Source: the human T2T-CHM13v2.0 reference genome, Homo sapiens
Assembly (NCBI RefSeq): GCF_009914755.1
Contig: NC_060925.1
DNA: 64,000 bases
Direction: 5' to 3' (one strand)
In this document: positions 59,419-64,000 of the stretch, piece after piece
How positions within the stretch are numbered: position 1 is the stretch's first letter
How the letters are laid out: each line of letters starts with the position of its first letter
Program-made: the position numbers and the translations under genes
Notes under the pieces: generated by a model
Databases searched by the model: none
The model's input: the letters and a program-made list of their open reading frames with translations, nothing else
What the model was told of the DNA's origin: nothing

Positions 59419-60679
59419 TTAGTTTGATGGCTTACAGTTTATCATTTTAGTTTAAAATTTTTCAGGTACATAGTGGTTCCTTTCAATATGTAGATTTAAA
59501 GCTTTCCTGTATTTCTGGAAATATTTATTAGATTATAGTTTTAAATATTCTTTTTTACTGTTTTGTTTATCATCTTAAAGACTCTAATTATATTTAATGT
59601 TGAATCTTTCTTTGCCTATCTTCCACTTTAACCCTTTTCTCTCTCACCCATATTACTTATTTCATTTTCCTTTTTTTTTTTTTTTGGCTTTCTTTTAAAT
59701 TTGTATTCAAATCTATTTCCTTTGGGCCATATAGAATTTACTTTTCATATCTGATATGGTTTTGTCTTTTTCCTCAATTTCTTTCCTGGCTTTAAATAAG
59801 TTTCCTGCATGTCTTTCTGGTTTTGGGTACATTTCTGTTCTTAGTTTGTGAGCTTTTATATAAACTATTTCTTAATTTTTGTTTGAGAATATTTAATTCA
59901 ATTTGAAATGTTTTCTTATTGTTTTCTGGAATTTTCATTTGCTGAAACATTTGAATTCTCACTTTGATTTTTTTTTTCTCACAGTGACTTTTTAATGAGG
60001 TTCTATTTTGCTTATTTTCTTTATTTTATGGACAGAGTTCCTAGGTCAAGTACATACTTTTCTGTTAGTATGGTAAATTTGGTTTCTTTAATAAAATAAT
60101 GTTGTAGGGAAGAAGAGGGAGTTGATGTCTTGTGGTTTTATTCCTGCAGGATCCTTTTTTTTCCACTTTTACTTCCTTCTTTCATTTCTGACTCAAAGGT
60201 GCATCTTTCTCTCTCTATCTCTCTCTTCCCTAGAAGCAATAGCTTCAGATTCAATGCTCTTCTCTATAGTTGATGCCATGAACTATCAAGTCACAGGCCT
60301 GTGTTTAGCCTTTTAACACTTAGTTTTGAAATTTATCTTCCTGGAGGTTATTTTATCAGTGTTCTCTGTGCCCCTCACCTCCTCCTATAACCTTTAGTAA
60401 GCTTTCTCTCCCCTTGCATTTTACACCCAAAGGTTTGCAACAATGAGGAAAGCTACTGTATTAACTCTTAGAATTTGATGCTTCTTTCTTTAATTATAAG
60501 TAACTTGAGATTTCTATTCTTTATTTCCTAGTAAGGCTGAAGGTATGTGTCATGTATAGTTTTTTTGTGTTCCTTGATAATATTATGATGTATGGAGAGA
60601 TTTGGATTTAGGCAGCTTCCATTTTCTTAAGGCCAGCTAAAACTCCTTGAAGGTCATATTTAGCAACAGTTGTCTTTAG

Positions 60680-62500
60680 TCATTCAACAAATACTGAACA
60701 CCTTCTATGAGGCAGGAAGTATGCTAGACAATTTAGAATGTAAATTAATCACTGTTTTAAATACCCCAGAGAAAAAGGTCATATATCGATAAGACTGGAT
60801 AGTAAAGAACCCTAAGGATCAGTAAGTGCTAAACACCTGTGATTGCAGACAATATGGACTTTCAATTCTCAAGGAACATGAGCTTTCCAATTTCAAAAGG
60901 TTATCAGGGCTGAAGTTGAGAGAATAAGGAAAAAGATGTTAGATGATAAGACTGGAGATCTGGCCGGATATAGAATATGCAGGTACCCGCTAGACTATCC
61001 TAAACAATTAGTCTTTAGGCTAGGAGAGTTAAAAGGTTTTAAGCAAGGATTGAAAAAGTGAGGTTTATGTTTTTAAGAAGTTTTCTCTGGATACAATGTG
61101 GATACTGAATTTTAGAGAGGCCAGAATGAATGGAGAAGAGACAAGTTTGTGAGCAGTAGTCCAAATTATATTTAATGTAGTTTGTTCTACAAGAATGGCA
61201 GTGGATTTGGAGAGATATGAATTAACTTTAGAAGTATTAAGAATGCAGATAATGTTAAAACTTGAAAATGGATTGAGTATGATGTTTTCTGATTACTTTT
61301 AACTTTCTGCAAAAGGCTACTAGATGAATGGTATTACTCATTGAGACTGGGAAAAGAAGAAAAGGGCTAAAATTGGGAGTCAGTTACAGAGAAGAATCCT
61401 TGAGTTCAATCTTGAACATGTTTGAGTTTGAAATGACTTTAACTCATCCAATTAGATATGTCAAATAAAATATAGAATAGAATATAACTGAATATAGAGG
61501 TGCATTGCTTGGAACAACAGCCTTTACTAGAATCACAAAATTGAATATATTTGGTTCATAAATAATAATTGAAACCATGAAAGTAGATTGTCTTAGTCTA
61601 TTTTTTTGTTGCTATCTACAGGAATACCTGAAGCCGGGTAGTTTTTAAAGACGCTTATTTAGCTCATAGTTCTGTAGGCTGCACAAGAAGCATGCTGCTG
61701 GCATCTGCTCAGCTTCTCGTGAGGGATTTTGTGCTGCATTAAAACATGGCAGAGAAGGTTAAGGGCAAAGCAGGCATGTGCAAAGAGGGACCAAGCCTGA
61801 GGGGCATCCCAATTAATCCAATCCCCCAGAACCAATCCCATCTCATGAGAGCAAGAATTCATTCACTACTGCTAGAATGCAGTGGCACCAAGCCATTCAT
61901 GAGGGATCTGTCCCCATGATCCAAACACCTCCCAGTAGGCCCCATCTCTCAACATCGCCACACTGGGATCAAATTTCAACATGAAATTTTGTGGAGATAA
62001 AGAGATTATATCCAAACAATAGCCTGGATGAAATTTCCTAGAGTGGGAACACAGAATAAGAAAAGAGGAGCGCTAGGAGAAGTTTTGAGGAATGCCAATA
62101 TCTAATGGCCATCCGAAGTGGGATGAGCCTGTAAAGGAGGCAGGTAAATGTGAGGAAGGCTAAGAGAATATGCTTATCAAAAAAGTCAAGGAAAGATAAT
62201 GCAATAAGAATAAAGGAGTGATGAGCCATGTTAAATGATGCTGTGAAGTCAAATAAAATGAACAGTGAAAAAGCCCCATAGATTTAGCAAAATGAAGGTC
62301 ACTGGTTACTTAGCAGGAGTTGATTCAATGACAATATGGGAGACTAGAGTTGGTTCGATTAGGTAAATTTTAAAGGAGATACCAAGTGTAGATAAAAATT
62401 CGAATAAGTTTGGCTGTGAGTGGGAGAAGAGAGAGGAATAGCTGTAGGGAGATATGGGGTAATGTATCTTTTATTTTTTAAGATAGAAGATGTTTAGCAT
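60680..62500 (-). mobile_element. Long L2 remnant split by an LTR
   Basis: cattcaacaaata terminus, purine-rich L2 body. Confidence 0.7.
61589..62024 (-). mobile_element. MSTB/MSTC-like solo LTR
   Basis: TSD tagat / tggat; ggcaccaagccattcatgagggatctg. Confidence 0.85.
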
Positions 62501-62699
62501 TAATTATGCTGTTATGTGGATATCACTATTTAACTGGTATCCTCCGATTTTATATTAATTTGTCTTTTAAATTAATTTCCCAAAATTTCAGATTCAGAAG
62601 TAATGCTAAGGGGAGCACTCATGCAAGGGGCGCAAACTCTGCCACAAAATGTATGTCCTTAGAAATGAGTTCCTAGAAATGGGAATAACAGGTTAAATG

Positions 62700-62899
62700 A
62701 GTGGCTCTCTACAAGGGGTGATTTTGTGATTTTGGCAATGTATTTTTGATTGTCACAACTTAATGAAGGAGGCTACAGCAATCTAAAGGATAGAGAGAGA
62801 CTAGGGATTGCTAAACTTTCTACAATGCATAGGGTAGCCCCCTGCAGTGAAGAATTATCTACCTAAAATGTCAATTATGCCACCTGTGAGAAACCCTGG
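62700..62899. mobile_element. MER20
   Basis: ggggtgattttg...ttgattgtcacaact...gaattatct...aaatgtcaa...gagaaaccctg. Confidence 0.8.
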
Positions 62900-63239
62900 G
62901 TTAATGAGTATGCACGTTTTTAAGACTTTTGATCCATCTTCCCAAATGTCTTGCAGAAAGATTAAACTAATTTGCATTTTCAACCATTTGTGTGAATTTT
63001 TATTTCTCTACATTCTCATCAACACTGAATATTTTTTATTATCATTAATTTTATAATAGGTAAAATTCTTTTAAAAACTTACATTGTTTTGATAACAATT
63101 TATTCTAAAAATCTTTTTAGACATTTATTGACCACTTGCTCTTTTCTAAAAGACATGTTTTTTTATATCTTTTGCTCATATTTCTGTTCACGAGTTTGTC
63201 TTTTTCTTACTATTTTTCTAATTACTATATGAACTCTTC

Positions 63240-64000
63240 CTTTAGGTATAGATTTTGTTTTTATTTATCCTGCCTAGGATTCCTTGGGTTGCTTAATCTG
63301 TGGTGTCTTTCACCAAACTGGAAAAATCTTAGCCACTATATCTTCAAATAGTGCTCTTCTCTAATATTTGCTCGAATTAGCCATATCTTCTATATATGAT
63401 ATATAATGATATGATGTATATCTATATATATATATAAAATAAATATATATTTTATATTTTTCATTTCTTTGTCTCTTTTTGCTGATTTTTATATACTTTT
63501 ATTAGAACTATTTTCCTTTTTAAAATTCAGTTGTTTGTACTATGTTTTTTAATGTATGGGTTTCTGTTTTCTATTTTTTTTATATATGTATATGAAAGTT
63601 CTACCTCATTCTTTTTCAAGTCAGCCTGCTCAACTGATAGTTGCTTGTTTAGTTTTCATACTTTTAATTCCCTTTTTCTTTAAATATATGATGTTATATA
63701 TTCACTGTCAATAATCCCAAGTATTTATTTATCTAATTTTAAAGTTTTTCCATCAACTCTCATGCATAATTGATTTTAACCTGTTCCCTTCTTTTTGTTA
63801 TGTTTCAATTTTTGTTTTTATCATTTTTTGTCTTAAAATGTTTGTGAGTTTTTGTTCATTGGAACTTTATATGTGGGAATTTTTTGAAACCAGCTTTAAA
63901 GTGCATTTTTTCAGAGACATTTTTTGTTTGGTTCTGCTAAGTGCCTTGTGACACTCCCCACCTAGGAACATAGAAAACTAAATTTTGATCTGATATTTTT
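63240..64000 (-). mobile_element. Highly diverged L1M remnant
   Basis: T-rich reverse L1 5'/ORF1-like motifs (ttcaccaaactggaaaaatcttagccactatatcttcaaata). Confidence 0.55.

Overview
Primate (most likely human) intronic DNA, AT-rich and dense in repeats. Three coding exons on the + strand (15123-15326, 22956-23104, 42519-42651) splice in frame into a 162-aa peptide (IPGIYNSPFRKEPDPWELQ...ENPKKWICDK). I recognise it as the C-terminal half of SPATA17 (probably exons 7-9). The supplied ORF track misses all three exons; its ORFs are Alu, L1, LTR, low-complexity or chance ORFs. The rest of the window is about 20 Alus, L1/L2/MIR remnants, many MaLR/ERV LTRs (several nested, with target-site duplications, TSDs), MER/Tigger DNA transposons and simple repeats. 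I see no unambiguous new biological system. The best leads are: a nested antisense MLT1/MST LTR whose poly(A) signal is mutated and which may drive an antisense transcript across the middle exon; several intact DUX4 motifs in MaLR LTRs; a two-segment locally templated insertion inside an L1; a 19-bp minisatellite with a strict 38-bp higher-order alternation; a pure (TTC)28 tract; and closely spaced inverted Alu pairs. Repeat subfamily names are from memory of consensus sequences and need RepeatMasker/Dfam confirmation.
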